DNA of 64,000 nucleotides from an uncultured Acidimicrobiales bacterium (GTDB taxonomy: Bacteria; Actinomycetota; Acidimicrobiia; Acidimicrobiales; UBA10347). The first letter of the stretch is position 1. Each line of letters opens with the position of its first letter. The notes under the pieces were generated by a model. That model was not told the origin of the DNA. It made no database searches and saw nothing but the letters and a program-made list of their open reading frames with translations. A program made the position numbers and the translations under genes. Positions 38,138 through 50,113 of this stretch are shown one piece after another. Where the stretch lies: assembly GCA_937941245.1 (NCBI GenBank), contig CALDYC010000019.1, positions 4,708 to 68,707 on the forward strand, written 5' to 3'.

Positions 38138-39355
38138 CTACTTTCGTTTACCGCGGTCTGTGCCCTTAGGGGTCACACGCCGCGAGACCGGCCGCGCCGG
38201 TTCATCGTTGTCTCGTTTTGTCGGGGCGGAGCGACGTGCTCGTCCCCATATGCCGCCGTCGGTGTCAGCTGACGTGTCGGACTTTGTACGGGCCGTTGTC
38301 GTTGACGAACGGCTGGTCGTGCTTGTGTTGCGCTGACGCGCTCGATCTTTGCTGGCCCCACCCTTGCGAGCGGCATCGGACTTCGATGTTGGTCCACGGC
38401 TCCCATGCCGGTTGCCTGACGCCGCCGGCTTTGGCTTGTCCCGGCCCCCAAACAACTGCGCAAACGGAGACTCTGGCTCGCCGTCGTCGCCGTCGAAGTC
38501 ATCATCATCGTCGCCGTCGAAGTCGAGTTCTTTGGTGAGTTCCTCATCGCCGTAGACCTTGCGGGTGATGTAGGCCTGTTGGGTGACACGGATGAGCGAC
38601 GACACGATGAAATAGAGCACCAATCCAGTCGGCATGGTGAATGCAAAGATTGGCAGAAACCAGGGCATGACTTTCATGATCATCTGCTGTTGCTGACTGA
38701 TTTCGCCTGTCGCGCGGCCAGCAATCTGTTGCTGTTGGTACCAACCCAGCAGTGCAACAACAGCAATCATTGCCAGGTACGGAAGTCCTGATGTGATTGA
38801 TTCGCGTAGTTCCTGCCATGGGGTGCGCGCCAGATCGAGTCCGATCCACATCATTTCGTTGTCATGGGACAAGTCTTGATACAGATCGCTTGTCGCGCTG
38901 AGATATTCGGGATTGAAGTTGCGCAGCGGCAGATCCCGAGGCACGAAGTTCGGATCTTGCAACTCATTGGCGATCAAGGCTTCGCCGGACGAGGCGCCAA
39001 TCGTTGATGATCGGCGGGTTACACCACGAATAACCCGAAACATCACGATAAAGACTGGCGATTGAATCAAAATTGGCAGGCACCCACTCAACGGGCTCAC
39101 GCCATGTTGTTGATAGAGCGCCATCATTTCCTGGTTCATGCGCTCGCGGTCACCCGAATACTTACGTTGTAAACGTTTGACCTGCGGTTGTAGCTGTCGC
39201 ATCGCGACCATTGATTTGGTGCTCTTGTAGGTCAACGGAGCGAACGCCACCAGAACCAGAACCGTCAAAGCGATGATTGCAAAGCCATATGACGGAATGA
39301 GCGAATAAAACCAGGCCAGAAGCCCAGCCAACAGGTCAAAAATCGGATCAAGCAT
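38138..39355 (-). CDS. yidC: Membrane protein insertase YidC (with a 138-aa charged C-terminal tail)
   Basis: Core motifs: M..LQP....LQ.KY..DR......M.LY...GV.P..GCLP.L.Q.P.F. Conserved position between yidD and jag. Confidence 0.9.
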   Translation of the reverse strand: MLDPIFDLLAGLLAWFYSLIPSYGFAIIALTVLVLVAFAPLTYKSTKSMVAMRQLQPQVKRLQRKYSGDRERMNQEMMALYQQHGVSPLSGCLPILIQSPVFIVMFRVIRGVTRRSSTIGASSGEALIANELQDPNFVPRDLPLRNFNPEYLSATSDLYQDLSHDNEMMWIGLDLARTPWQELRESITSGLPYLAMIAVVALLGWYQQQQIAGRATGEISQQQQMIMKVMPWFLPIFAFTMPTGLVLYFIVSSLIRVTQQAYITRKVYGDEELTKELDFDGDDDDDFDGDDGEPESPFAQLFGGRDKPKPAASGNRHGSRGPTSKSDAARKGGASKDRARQRNTSTTSRSSTTTARTKSDTSADTDGGIWGRARRSAPTKRDNDEPARPVSRRVTPKGTDRGKRK

Positions 39356-39599
39356 GAGTGTGCTTCCAGTTGTTCACAGAGGTAGGGACAGGATCAACGC
39401 CGTGTCCCCCAAACGGATGACATCGCAGCACCCGACGAAAGGCGAGCCAGAGCCCACGGAATGGACCGTGAGTATCGACTGCTTCGCAGGCATAGGCACT
39501 ACATGTGGGCAGATATCTGCAGGCCGCCGGCTGAAGCGACCGATACTGCTGATACGCCTGAAGCCCTCGTAGTACGAACGATCGTGGGCGCCGAGTCAT
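39348..39599 (-). CDS. yidD: Membrane protein insertion efficiency factor YidD
   Basis: [15 protein letters not shown]...G...[18 protein letters not shown] is diagnostic. Confidence 0.9.
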   Translation of the reverse strand: MTRRPRSFVLRGLQAYQQYRSLQPAACRYLPTCSAYACEAVDTHGPFRGLWLAFRRVLRCHPFGGHGVDPVPTSVNNWKHTHA

Positions 39600-39970
39600 G
39601 AGGACGACTTCGACATCGGGCCAGTTGACGCACGGTCGAGAACATGCAACAAATCAGCCCGCATCTCGGCGAACTCGATCGTCGCGGGGCCCGGGTTGCG
39701 CACCCCGATGAGATACAAGCCCGGCGCCAGACCGAGATCACGGTTCGACGCCGCAACCACCGCCCGACATCGTCGCTGAATGCGATTGCGGACGACTGCG
39801 GTTCCAATCTTGCGGCTCACCGCATACCCCACACACACGTCATCTGCGCTTGTCGCGAGCGGGCGCGCGCCATGAGCGACGTAGCGGACCCAAAAGTATC
39901 GACCCTGGCTACGTCGCCCTTGCTGTGTAAGAAGAGCGAACTGACCACGGAACTGAAGTGGACGAATCAG
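39596..39970 (-). CDS. rnpA: RNase P protein component RnpA (start codon non-canonical or uncertain)
   Basis: The RNR motif [12 protein letters not shown] would sit at residues 13-24 of the 80-aa track ORF (GTG 39838), which is too close to the N-terminus for RnpA. The upstream in-frame sequence [31 protein letters not shown] looks like the RnpA N-terminus. No ATG, GTG or TTG occurs in frame before the TAA at 40121-40123. I tentatively start at CTG 39970, with AGAGG 8 nt upstream. This overlaps the rpmH stop. Confidence 0.7.
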   Translation of the reverse strand: MIRPLQFRGQFALLTQQGRRSQGRYFWVRYVAHGARPLATSADDVCVGYAVSRKIGTAVVRNRIQRRCRAVVAASNRDLGLAPGLYLIGVRNPGPATIEFAEMRADLLHVLDRASTGPMSKSSS

Positions 39971-40101
39971 GCGGAGAGCCTCTGACGACCCTTGCCCCGT
40001 CGTGACTTCACAATGCGGCGACCAGCCTTGGTCGACATGCGCTGTCGGAAGCCGTGACGCTTGGAGCGACGGCGGACATTTGGCTGAAAAGTTCTCTTCA
40101 C
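39967..40101 (-). CDS. rpmH: 50S ribosomal protein L34
   Basis: GTG start at 40101 gives (M)[43 protein letters not shown], 44 aa, the canonical L34 sequence. Confidence 0.95.
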   Translation of the reverse strand: MKRTFQPNVRRRSKRHGFRQRMSTKAGRRIVKSRRGKGRQRLSA

Positions 40102-40390
40102 GATTCGTCCCGATTCGTTCTTACATGGCCTGCACTTGATCGGCAGGCCACACGACACTGCGAGGGAAGAAGCAAATCAGGGCCCTCAGTATGTCGTTTC
40201 AACCCCTCACACTAGAGGTTCTCCACAGGAGCAACAACGCGGCGGTGTCCCTTGCGCGGAGGTCCATTCTCGGTGCTAGGTTCGCCAATCCGTCTGACAT
40301 CGTCGCAAGTCGATGCGGTGAAGCTCGTCCGGGACGACGACAGCTTCACCGAGACACCATTCGATCATCACATCCGTTTCGGGAGACATT

Positions 40391-41827
40391 TTGCACTCTG
40401 TCCAGAATCTCTGGGACAACGCTGCCACGCACCTGCAGGCTCAACTCACTGACGCCGTCTGGAATACCACCTTCGCTGGCATTACAACAACGACCGATCT
40501 ACAAGATCCAACTGAACCAACTGTGCACATCACGGTTCCAAGTGTGATTGCCAAGGATCGCATCGAATCGCGCTACCACGCGATCGTGAGCGAAGCACTG
40601 CATGAAGCATGTGGTCAACCTGTTCACTTCGACGTTTTGGTCGAGATCAACACCTCCGAGGTGCCAGACCAGCCTGATACGCCAGACAGACATCTTGCGA
40701 ATCGCAACCAGCGCGACCAGCTGCGTGACTTTGAGCCGCTTCCGATCCCATCGTCAGACACCACCGCCGCTCATCAACTACCCGAAGCCACCGCTGGCGT
40801 AAACCAGCGCTACACCTTTGAGCGTTTCGTGACTGGTTCTTCAAACCGGTTCGCTCATGCAGCTGCCCTTGCTGTAGCCGAAACACCGTCGCGGTCCTAC
40901 AACCCCCTCTTCATTCACGGCCATGCTGGTCTAGGCAAAACCCACCTGCTTCAAGCAATTGCGCACTACGTCAATGACAACTATCCGAGCTACCGAGTTC
41001 GATATGTGACGACCGAAACGCTGCTGAGTGAGTTTGTCGATGCGATTCGTAACAACACGACCACCGAGTTCAAGCGCCGCTATCGCGAGAACGACGTCTT
41101 ATTGATCGATGACATCCAATTCCTCGAGGGCAAAGACGCGCTGCAAGAGGAACTATTCCACACGTTCAACAGTCTTCATCAGGCCGACCGACAAATCGTG
41201 CTGTCATCAGATCGCCCACCTGACGCGATCCCAACACTCGAAGATCGACTCCGCAGCCGCTTCAAGATGGGTCTCCTCACCGATATTCAGCCGCCCGATA
41301 TTGAAACTCGCTTAGCAATTCTGCGGACCCGCACCGAAAACGAGAGCATCACGATCGATGGTTCGATCCTCGAATTCATTGCGAGCAATATCACCAACAA
41401 CATTCGTGAAATCGAAGGTGCTCTCATCCGGGCAACCGCCTATGCGCAGCTCACCAATGAACCGCTGACTCTTGAAGTCGCCAAACATGTCTTGTCTGAT
41501 CTCGTTCATGAACCAGAGCCTCGAGTCATCACTCCACAACTCATCCTTGACGCTTCAGCGCAACGATTCGACTTTACGATCGAAGAGTTATGCGGTGCGA
41601 GCCGCCGCCGGCCTCTCGTCAATGCCCGACAGATCGCCATGTATGTCATGCGAGAACTGACTGACATGAGTTATCCAGCGATTGCCCGCGAGTTCGGCGG
41701 CCGTGATCACACCACAGTGATCCACTCGGTTGAGAAGGTGAAGAACGTCATGGCCGAACGCCGACAGGTTTATGACCAAGTGACCGAGCTGATCCAAAGC
41801 ATCAAGTCAGGACGCTCAACTACCTAA
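40391..41827 (+). CDS. dnaA: Chromosomal replication initiator DnaA
   Basis: TTG start. Walker A GHAGLGKTHLL, DDIQFL, and C-terminal DNA-binding helix motifs IAMYVMRELTDMSYPAIAREFGGRDHTTVIHSVEKV. Confidence 0.97.
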   Translation: MHSVQNLWDNAATHLQAQLTDAVWNTTFAGITTTTDLQDPTEPTVHITVPSVIAKDRIESRYHAIVSEALHEACGQPVHFDVLVEINTSEVPDQPDTPDRHLANRNQRDQLRDFEPLPIPSSDTTAAHQLPEATAGVNQRYTFERFVTGSSNRFAHAAALAVAETPSRSYNPLFIHGHAGLGKTHLLQAIAHYVNDNYPSYRVRYVTTETLLSEFVDAIRNNTTTEFKRRYRENDVLLIDDIQFLEGKDALQEELFHTFNSLHQADRQIVLSSDRPPDAIPTLEDRLRSRFKMGLLTDIQPPDIETRLAILRTRTENESITIDGSILEFIASNITNNIREIEGALIRATAYAQLTNEPLTLEVAKHVLSDLVHEPEPRVITPQLILDASAQRFDFTIEELCGASRRRPLVNARQIAMYVMRELTDMSYPAIAREFGGRDHTTVIHSVEKVKNVMAERRQVYDQVTELIQSIKSGRSTT

Positions 41828-42062
41828 CATCCACAGCGGCTTGGGGACACCATGGGGAAGAACACCTCACATTGGTGGACAACCTCATGGTCGCGGTGAC
41901 CTGAGGCAATGACAGCGAATATGGCTGGGGATAGTGCTTGTGAGCCTCCACAGGCAACAATGGTGAGATACGAACGACTTTCGGGCTTGTACACAAATCC
42001 ACAGCCCAACAACTACTACTAGGTTTCTAGAAGAAGTCTGATAGAAGAGAAGAGCAAACCCT
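41827..42062. other. Candidate oriC: DnaA-box cluster plus AT-rich tract in the dnaA-dnaN spacer
   Basis: 9-mers within 1-2 mismatches of TT[GA]TCCACA: acatccaca 41827-41835, ggtggacaa (reverse complement ttgtccacc) 41874-41882, gcctccaca 41944-41952, ttgtacaca 41987-41995, aaatccaca 41995-42003. An AT-rich stretch, ctactactaggtttctagaagaagtctgatagaagagaagag, follows at about 42014-42055. Confidence 0.7.
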
Positions 42063-43157
42063 GTGAAACTTCGATGTGAGCGAGACACCCTCGTTGATGC
42101 GTTGACCACCGCTGGTCGCGCCGTGTCAGGACGTGGCGGTCAATTGCCGGTGTTGTCCGGTCTTCACTTGGTCCTTAGCGGTGATCAACTGGTGGTCACC
42201 GGTAGTGATCTCGAACTAACGATCGCACGCACGCTGGTGGTCAATGGTGAGCGAGATGGTGCAGTCGTTGTGCCTTCCAAGTTGTTGATTGATGTTGTTC
42301 GATCGCTTGAGCCTGGAGCTATCGAGCTTGAGGTTGGTGAATTGGATTTATCGATTCGAGGGGGCCGCTCGGCGTTCACGATCCGGACGATCCCAACCGA
42401 TGAATTTCCTAAGCTCGCCCACGCTGATGGTCCCGATGTCACGATCGAGGCAGCGTCGTTTGTGCGTGCGTTGCGTCAGGTGGTGCCAGCGGCGAGCAGT
42501 GACGATTCGCGTCCAATCTTGACTGGCGTGTTGTTGACAGCCACCGAAACTGGTTTGCGTTTGGTGGCTACTGACTCGTACCGGCTTGCGGTTGCTGACT
42601 TGCCGGGTGCTTCGGTACTCGAAGCTGGCCAATCGGTTTTGGTTCCATCGCGGGCTTTGGCCGAGGTTCGCCGCATGGTTGGCGACGCCGGTGAGGTGCA
42701 GCTGCGCCTCGGTGTCAGCGAAGCAGCGTTTGCGATCGAAGGATTGGTTGTTACTACACGACTTATCGATGGCGATTTTCCAAAGTACGAAGGACTCATT
42801 CCGAGCGAAAAGGCCAACGAACTCTCAATCAATCGCGAGAGTGTGCTCGATGCAGTTCGACGAGTTCGTCTACTCGCTCAAGAATCGACGCCAGTTCGAT
42901 TAGTGATGAACACCGATGGTCTTGAGATTGTGGCCATCACCCAAGACGTTGGCGAGGCGCATGAAACAGTCGATGCCAGCTATGAAGGCGAAGAATTGAC
43001 CGTGGCATTTAACCCGGCATTTCTGCTCGATGGTCTTGACGTCGCGCCAGGCGAAGAGGTCACGTTGCACACCATCGATTCGCTCAAACCTGCGGTGTTA
43101 CGAACCCCAGGTAACGAGAATTTCCTGTATCTGCTCATGCCGGTGCGGGTCCCTTGA
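42063..43157 (+). CDS. dnaN: DNA polymerase III beta sliding clamp
   Basis: GTG start, MKLRCERDTLVDAL. 364 aa with three-domain clamp length and position after dnaA. Confidence 0.95.
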   Translation: MKLRCERDTLVDALTTAGRAVSGRGGQLPVLSGLHLVLSGDQLVVTGSDLELTIARTLVVNGERDGAVVVPSKLLIDVVRSLEPGAIELEVGELDLSIRGGRSAFTIRTIPTDEFPKLAHADGPDVTIEAASFVRALRQVVPAASSDDSRPILTGVLLTATETGLRLVATDSYRLAVADLPGASVLEAGQSVLVPSRALAEVRRMVGDAGEVQLRLGVSEAAFAIEGLVVTTRLIDGDFPKYEGLIPSEKANELSINRESVLDAVRRVRLLAQESTPVRLVMNTDGLEIVAITQDVGEAHETVDASYEGEELTVAFNPAFLLDGLDVAPGEEVTLHTIDSLKPAVLRTPGNENFLYLLMPVRVP

Positions 43158-43163
43158 CGCCGG

Positions 43164-44258
43164 GTGCGACTTCGCGAGCTGTGGCTGACTGACTTTCGTA
43201 GCTACCCCCAGCTTGAGCTTGCGCTTCCGGACGGTCTGACTTGCATTGTCGGCGAGAACGGAATCGGCAAGACCAATGTGATCGAAGCCATGGGTTACCT
43301 CGTGAGTCTGAGCTCGTTCCGGTCCGCTGAATCAACCGCCATGGTGCGTGCAGGCGCTCAGCACGCCATCATTCGCGGCGAGGGAACCAGCAAGGGACGA
43401 TCTCTTTTGATCGAAGCTGAAATGCGGCGAACCGGTCGCGGGCGAGTGCAAGTGAATCGTCAGCGGCTCGCACGAGCCGCCGATCTGGCCGCAGCTGCTC
43501 GGATCAGCGTGTTCGCGCCCGATGATTTGGCAACGATCAAAGGTTCACCCGGTCTTCGGCGTGATTTCCTCGATGACGCGGTTGTGGCGTTGTGGCCGCG
43601 TCAAGAGACCGTGCGGCGCGAGCTTGCGCAGATACTCAAACAGCGCAATGCGCTCCTGCGTCAACGCAGCGGCCGACTCGATGCTGACTCGGCGGTCATG
43701 CTTGATGTGTGGGATGAGCGCTTGGCTGCTGCTGGAGAGGCCATGGGATCGGCGCGGTCGTCACTGGTACAAGAACTAGGTCCGTATGTGCAACGGGCGT
43801 ACAACGAGCTTTCTCGTCGCTCTGACGTGGTTGCGTTGACGTATGCGCCGCCATGGTTTGAGCAGGGGTTGGGTGAAGCGCTCGCGTCTGGTCGCAACGA
43901 TGATGTTCGTCGCGGCACCACGTTGGTTGGGCCGCATCGAGATGACATGATGATCTGGCTGAACGAGCTGCCGAGCCGGTCTCATGCATCCCAAGGCGAG
44001 CAACGAACGTTGGCGCTGTCGTTGCGACTCGGAACGCATCTGCTGTTGACCGAGCGCCATGGTGAACCGCCGCTGCTTTTGCTCGATGATGTTTTTTCAG
44101 AGCTGGATCGCTTTCGAACAGCAGCGTTGTTCGACGCGTTGCCGGCCGGACAGGCCGTGTTGACGACGGCAGTCGCACTGCCTGACGGAGCGGATCCGGC
44201 AGCGATTTACACGGCGACTCCCGGCCGACTTGACCTAACCGCAGGATCGGTGGATTGA
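43164..44258 (+). CDS. recF: DNA replication/repair protein RecF
   Basis: L.L.DFRSY, Walker A GENGIGKTNVIEA, SQGEQRTLALSLRL, LLLDDVFSELD. Confidence 0.95.
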   Translation: MRLRELWLTDFRSYPQLELALPDGLTCIVGENGIGKTNVIEAMGYLVSLSSFRSAESTAMVRAGAQHAIIRGEGTSKGRSLLIEAEMRRTGRGRVQVNRQRLARAADLAAAARISVFAPDDLATIKGSPGLRRDFLDDAVVALWPRQETVRRELAQILKQRNALLRQRSGRLDADSAVMLDVWDERLAAAGEAMGSARSSLVQELGPYVQRAYNELSRRSDVVALTYAPPWFEQGLGEALASGRNDDVRRGTTLVGPHRDDMMIWLNELPSRSHASQGEQRTLALSLRLGTHLLLTERHGEPPLLLLDDVFSELDRFRTAALFDALPAGQAVLTTAVALPDGADPAAIYTATPGRLDLTAGSVD

Positions 44259-44301
44259 ATCGCGACAGAATCAACCGTCACGCGCAGCGCACTGCTGGTC
44301 A

Positions 44302-44664
44302 ATGCGGGTTAGCGTCGCACATGTGGCTCGGAGCAGGCGATATGAACGTCGGCCATGGAGTCCGCTTCCGAATGACTACAACAGTCCTGAGCCGCTGCGC
44401 AGCGCTCTTGACATGCTCGCATCGACGTTAGGGCTTGCCAGTGTTGACCATGTCAATACGTTGTTTCTGCAGTGGAATGATGTGGTGGGAGAAAACCTGG
44501 CGACACACTGTGAACCTGTCCGTTTGGAACGTGGTGAACTGACGATTCGCGCGGTCGATTCGCAGTGGGCAACCGAGCTTCGATGGATGGGACCGCTTGT
44601 CGTTGAGCGATGTGAAATCGTGCTGGGCGATACCTCGGTGACCAAGGTCCGCATCATTCGCTGA
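44302..44664 (+). CDS. DUF721-domain protein (DciA-like, Rv0004 position)
   Basis: 120 aa between recF and gyrB. The motif pattern W..VVGE.LA.H..P..L..G.L.I...S..WA.ELR is typical of DUF721. Confidence 0.75.
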   Translation: MRVSVAHVARSRRYERRPWSPLPNDYNSPEPLRSALDMLASTLGLASVDHVNTLFLQWNDVVGENLATHCEPVRLERGELTIRAVDSQWATELRWMGPLVVERCEIVLGDTSVTKVRIIR

Positions 44665-44777
44665 GATCGTTGAAAACGTGGGAAATTCTGGCGCATGCGG
44701 ACCTATGGAATGCCCCGAAAGTGTCACTGCTAACTGGTAGATTTGGCAGAAGCGAAATCGCCGTGGCTCGGCGTTGA

Positions 44778-46799
<2,022 letters not shown>

Positions 46800-46850
46800 C
46801 GTGCGACTTCGAACCCACCTTTCACCGCAGCCTGAGCCAGAAAGAACGAC

Positions 46851-49502
46851 GTGAGCGACACCGACCAGCCAACCGACGGTCCCAACGAACCCGGCGATCA
46901 CATCGAACCGATTGCGATCCAAACCGAGATGGAGCAGTCGTTCCTCGACTACGCCATGTCGGTCATCGTCTCGCGTGCGCTTCCTGATGTTCGTGACGGT
47001 CTTAAGCCAGTGCATCGCCGAATCATCTGGTCGATGTATGACGGGGGCATTCGTCCTGACCGGTCACACGTCAAATGTGCCCGTGTCGTCGGCGATGTCA
47101 TGGGTAAGTATCACCCGCACGGCGATAGCGCGATCTATGACGCGCTTGTCCGCATGGGACAGACGTTCTCACTGCGCGATCCCCTCATTGACCCGCACGG
47201 CAATTTCGGTTCACCCAATGACGAAGCTGCTGCCATGCGATACACCGAGTGTCGGCTGTCGAAGCTGGCCATGCGGTTGGTCGATGACATTGATGAAGAC
47301 ACTGTCGATTTCGGTGACAACTTTGACGGAAGCGAAGAGCAACCCGAAGTACTCCCGGCGCGGTTCCCCAACTTGTTGGTTAATGGCAGCCAGGGCATCG
47401 CTGTCGGCATGGCGACCAATATCCCGCCACACAACCTCGGCGAAGTTATCGACGGAACCCTGCACCTTCTCGATAACCCCGACGCCACCATCGAGGACCT
47501 TCAGCAGTTCATCAAAGGTCCGGACTTTCCAACCGGTGGTCTGATTCTTGGTCAACGAGGCATCAACGATGCCTATGCAACCGGCCGCGGATCTATCCGC
47601 ATTCGAGCGGTTGCCGAGATCGTCGAAAGCACGACGGGTACCCCGTGGATCGTCGTCACTGAGCTGCCGTACCAGACCAGCGCCGAGGTCATCGAACAAA
47701 AGGCTGCAGATCTGGTCAACAGCGGACGTCTCGAAGGCATCCGCAAGATCCGCAATGAATCAGCCAAAGGAAAGACCCGTCTCGTCTTCGAGCTGCGCCG
47801 CGATGCCGTGCCGAAGGTAGTGCTGAACAATCTGTACAAGTTCACGCCGCTGCAGACCAGCTTTAGTGTGAACATGGTCGCGCTGAACGATGGCGTGCCG
47901 CGAACCATGAATATTCGCGACGTACTCGTTGCCTATGTTGCCCATCAGGTCGAAGTGGTCACGCGCCGCTCCGAGTTCCGGCTGGCCAAGGCCAAGGCCC
48001 GAGCTCACATTGTCGAAGGCCTCATTCGGGCGATCGACCTCATTGACGAGATCATTGCGCTGATCCGATCATCAGAAAATCGTGCGGCAGCTCGCGATGG
48101 TCTGCAAGCTGCGCCGTTCGACTTCAGTGAGATTCAGGCCACTCACATTCTCGACATGCCACTTGGTCGGTTGACCCGCCTCGGCGCCACGGAATTGCAG
48201 AGCGAACTCGATGGCCTACAGGTGACGATCGGCGAACTCGAAGCAATCCTTGGCAACGAGGCCTTGTTGCGGGGCGTCATCGCCGAAGAGATGACCGAGG
48301 TACGCGATGCGTTCGCAACCGATCGCCGCAGCCAGCTCACGATTGATCCCGGCGAGTTCGACATTGAAGACCTCATCGACGATGAAGAGTTGATCTTCAC
48401 GCTTACTGATGGTGGGTATGTCAAGACCACACCAGCTGATGAGTTCCGAACGCAGAGTCGCGGCGGACGTGGGGTTAAGGGAGCCCAGCTCAAAGAGGGT
48501 GACATTCCCGAGGTCATGTTGCACACGACCGCGCACGCCTACATGCTCTTCTTCACCAATCTCGGCAAGGTGTATCAGTTGCGCGCGCACGAGATCCCGG
48601 TGCAAAGCAGAACTGCTCGCGGCACCGCTCTTGTGAACATGTTGCAGCTCGAACCCGAAGAGACCGTTATGGCGGTCGTCGATACACGCGACTACGAGAC
48701 CATGAACTACCTGGTGTTTGTCACCCGCAACGGTGTGATTAAGAAGACAGCGTTCAGTGCATACAGCAACATTCGCCAGAACGGCCTGCGCGCAATCAAG
48801 ATGCGTGACGGCGATGAACTCGTTCGGGTCATTCCCGTCAACGGTGAACTCGATCTCTGCATGGTTACGAGCAAGGGTCAGCTCATGCGCTTCCATCCCG
48901 ACGAAGTACGCGAGATGGGTCGCGTCGCATCGGGTGTCCGCGGGGTGCGCTTGAAAGAAGGTGACGCGGTCGTGTCATGTGCGGTCGCTCGACCAGATCA
49001 ACAACTGTTGTTGATATCAAACGACGGTTTCGGCAAGCGCACTGAGTTTGATGGATTCCGCGCCAAACATCGCGGCGGACAAGGTGTGCGCGGTATGCGT
49101 CTTCGCAACGATGACAGTCGCGTGGTTCGGGCCCTGACCGTGCTCCCTGATGACGAAGTCATGTTGATCGCATCGAATGGCGTCGTCATTCGCATGCCGG
49201 TCGAAGACATTTCGGTACAAGGCAAAGATGCGTCGGGTGTCACTGTTATGGCAGTGCCCAAGGGTGGGCGTGTGGTAGCGGTGACCTTGGTCCGAGAGCC
49301 ACCCAGCGATGACGACGACAGCGACGATGATGACACCGGAGAGGGCGCCAAGTCCGATTCCGATACGACCGATTCCGACAAGTCCGATTCCGATACGTCC
49401 GATACCGACAAGTCCGATACCGATAAGGATGAAGTGACGGCTTCGGTTGACAGCGGGGGTGGCGGCGACGAGTCTGACTCTGTGCCGTCAAGCGACGACT
49501 AG
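46851..49502 (+). CDS. gyrA: DNA gyrase subunit A (with a ~68-aa acidic Asp/Ser/Thr tail)
   Basis: DGLKPVHRRI, HPHGDSAIYD, AAMRYTE (catalytic Tyr), C-terminal beta-pinwheel repeats, then SDDDDSDDDDTGEGAKSDSDTTDSDKSDSDTSDTDKSDTDKDE... Confidence 0.97.
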   Translation: MSDTDQPTDGPNEPGDHIEPIAIQTEMEQSFLDYAMSVIVSRALPDVRDGLKPVHRRIIWSMYDGGIRPDRSHVKCARVVGDVMGKYHPHGDSAIYDALVRMGQTFSLRDPLIDPHGNFGSPNDEAAAMRYTECRLSKLAMRLVDDIDEDTVDFGDNFDGSEEQPEVLPARFPNLLVNGSQGIAVGMATNIPPHNLGEVIDGTLHLLDNPDATIEDLQQFIKGPDFPTGGLILGQRGINDAYATGRGSIRIRAVAEIVESTTGTPWIVVTELPYQTSAEVIEQKAADLVNSGRLEGIRKIRNESAKGKTRLVFELRRDAVPKVVLNNLYKFTPLQTSFSVNMVALNDGVPRTMNIRDVLVAYVAHQVEVVTRRSEFRLAKAKARAHIVEGLIRAIDLIDEIIALIRSSENRAAARDGLQAAPFDFSEIQATHILDMPLGRLTRLGATELQSELDGLQVTIGELEAILGNEALLRGVIAEEMTEVRDAFATDRRSQLTIDPGEFDIEDLIDDEELIFTLTDGGYVKTTPADEFRTQSRGGRGVKGAQLKEGDIPEVMLHTTAHAYMLFFTNLGKVYQLRAHEIPVQSRTARGTALVNMLQLEPEETVMAVVDTRDYETMNYLVFVTRNGVIKKTAFSAYSNIRQNGLRAIKMRDGDELVRVIPVNGELDLCMVTSKGQLMRFHPDEVREMGRVASGVRGVRLKEGDAVVSCAVARPDQQLLLISNDGFGKRTEFDGFRAKHRGGQGVRGMRLRNDDSRVVRALTVLPDDEVMLIASNGVVIRMPVEDISVQGKDASGVTVMAVPKGGRVVAVTLVREPPSDDDDSDDDDTGEGAKSDSDTTDSDKSDSDTSDTDKSDTDKDEVTASVDSGGGGDESDSVPSSDD

Positions 49503-49576
49503 TCGCAACGAGTCGCAACCTTCAAGCATGAGGTACTGACCCAGCTTCCCCGCTGAATCCAACGGAGAAGCACACG

Positions 49577-50095
49577 ATGAATACTCTGACGTTCGACACC
49601 GACGAACGTGGCCAGACGACGGTTGCTATGGCGATGGTGCTCGTCCTGGTGGCGTTGTTTGCCTGGGGCATTGCCCAAGTCGGCGCCGTGATGATCGAGC
49701 GGGCTCAGGCGCGCACGCTCGCGGACGCGGTTGCGCTTGCCGAGGCTGATGTGGTCGGAAGCGGCACCGAAATTGCGTCCTCCTTCGGATCACATCACTT
49801 CTCGGTGACAACCGAACCCGGTTCTGCCTATGTCCAGGGAACCGACGCGCAGGCACAGGCTTTCGCTACCGCATCGATCGAACCTCCGGTGGTAGCGCCA
49901 GCTGTCGTTGCCATTGTCGCTCGTGCTGAGCAGCTCACCGCAACGACGCTGGTGCCGATGAGCATGAAAGACACGACCGTCACGTTCGGACCAACCGCCG
50001 CTGATGTGTTCGCCACGGTGGCTGCAGAACTTGGCATGTGCACATCATCGGCAGCACCTGCCGGGCTTGCGACGCAAGCGTTTGATCTGTGCTGA
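49577..50095 (+). CDS. TadE-like (Rv3654c-family) pseudopilin-like protein, tentative
   Basis: N-terminus DERGQTTVAMAMVLVLVALFAWGIAQVGAVMIERAQARTLADAVALAEAD matches the pattern ERG-(S/A/T)..V...hydrophobic TM...R.RAQ.AADLAALAAA that I associate with this family. GGAGAA lies 8 nt upstream of the ATG. Confidence 0.5.
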   Translation: MNTLTFDTDERGQTTVAMAMVLVLVALFAWGIAQVGAVMIERAQARTLADAVALAEADVVGSGTEIASSFGSHHFSVTTEPGSAYVQGTDAQAQAFATASIEPPVVAPAVVAIVARAEQLTATTLVPMSMKDTTVTFGPTAADVFATVAAELGMCTSSAAPAGLATQAFDLC

Positions 50096-50113
50096 GGGAC
50101 AGACCCCAATGAG

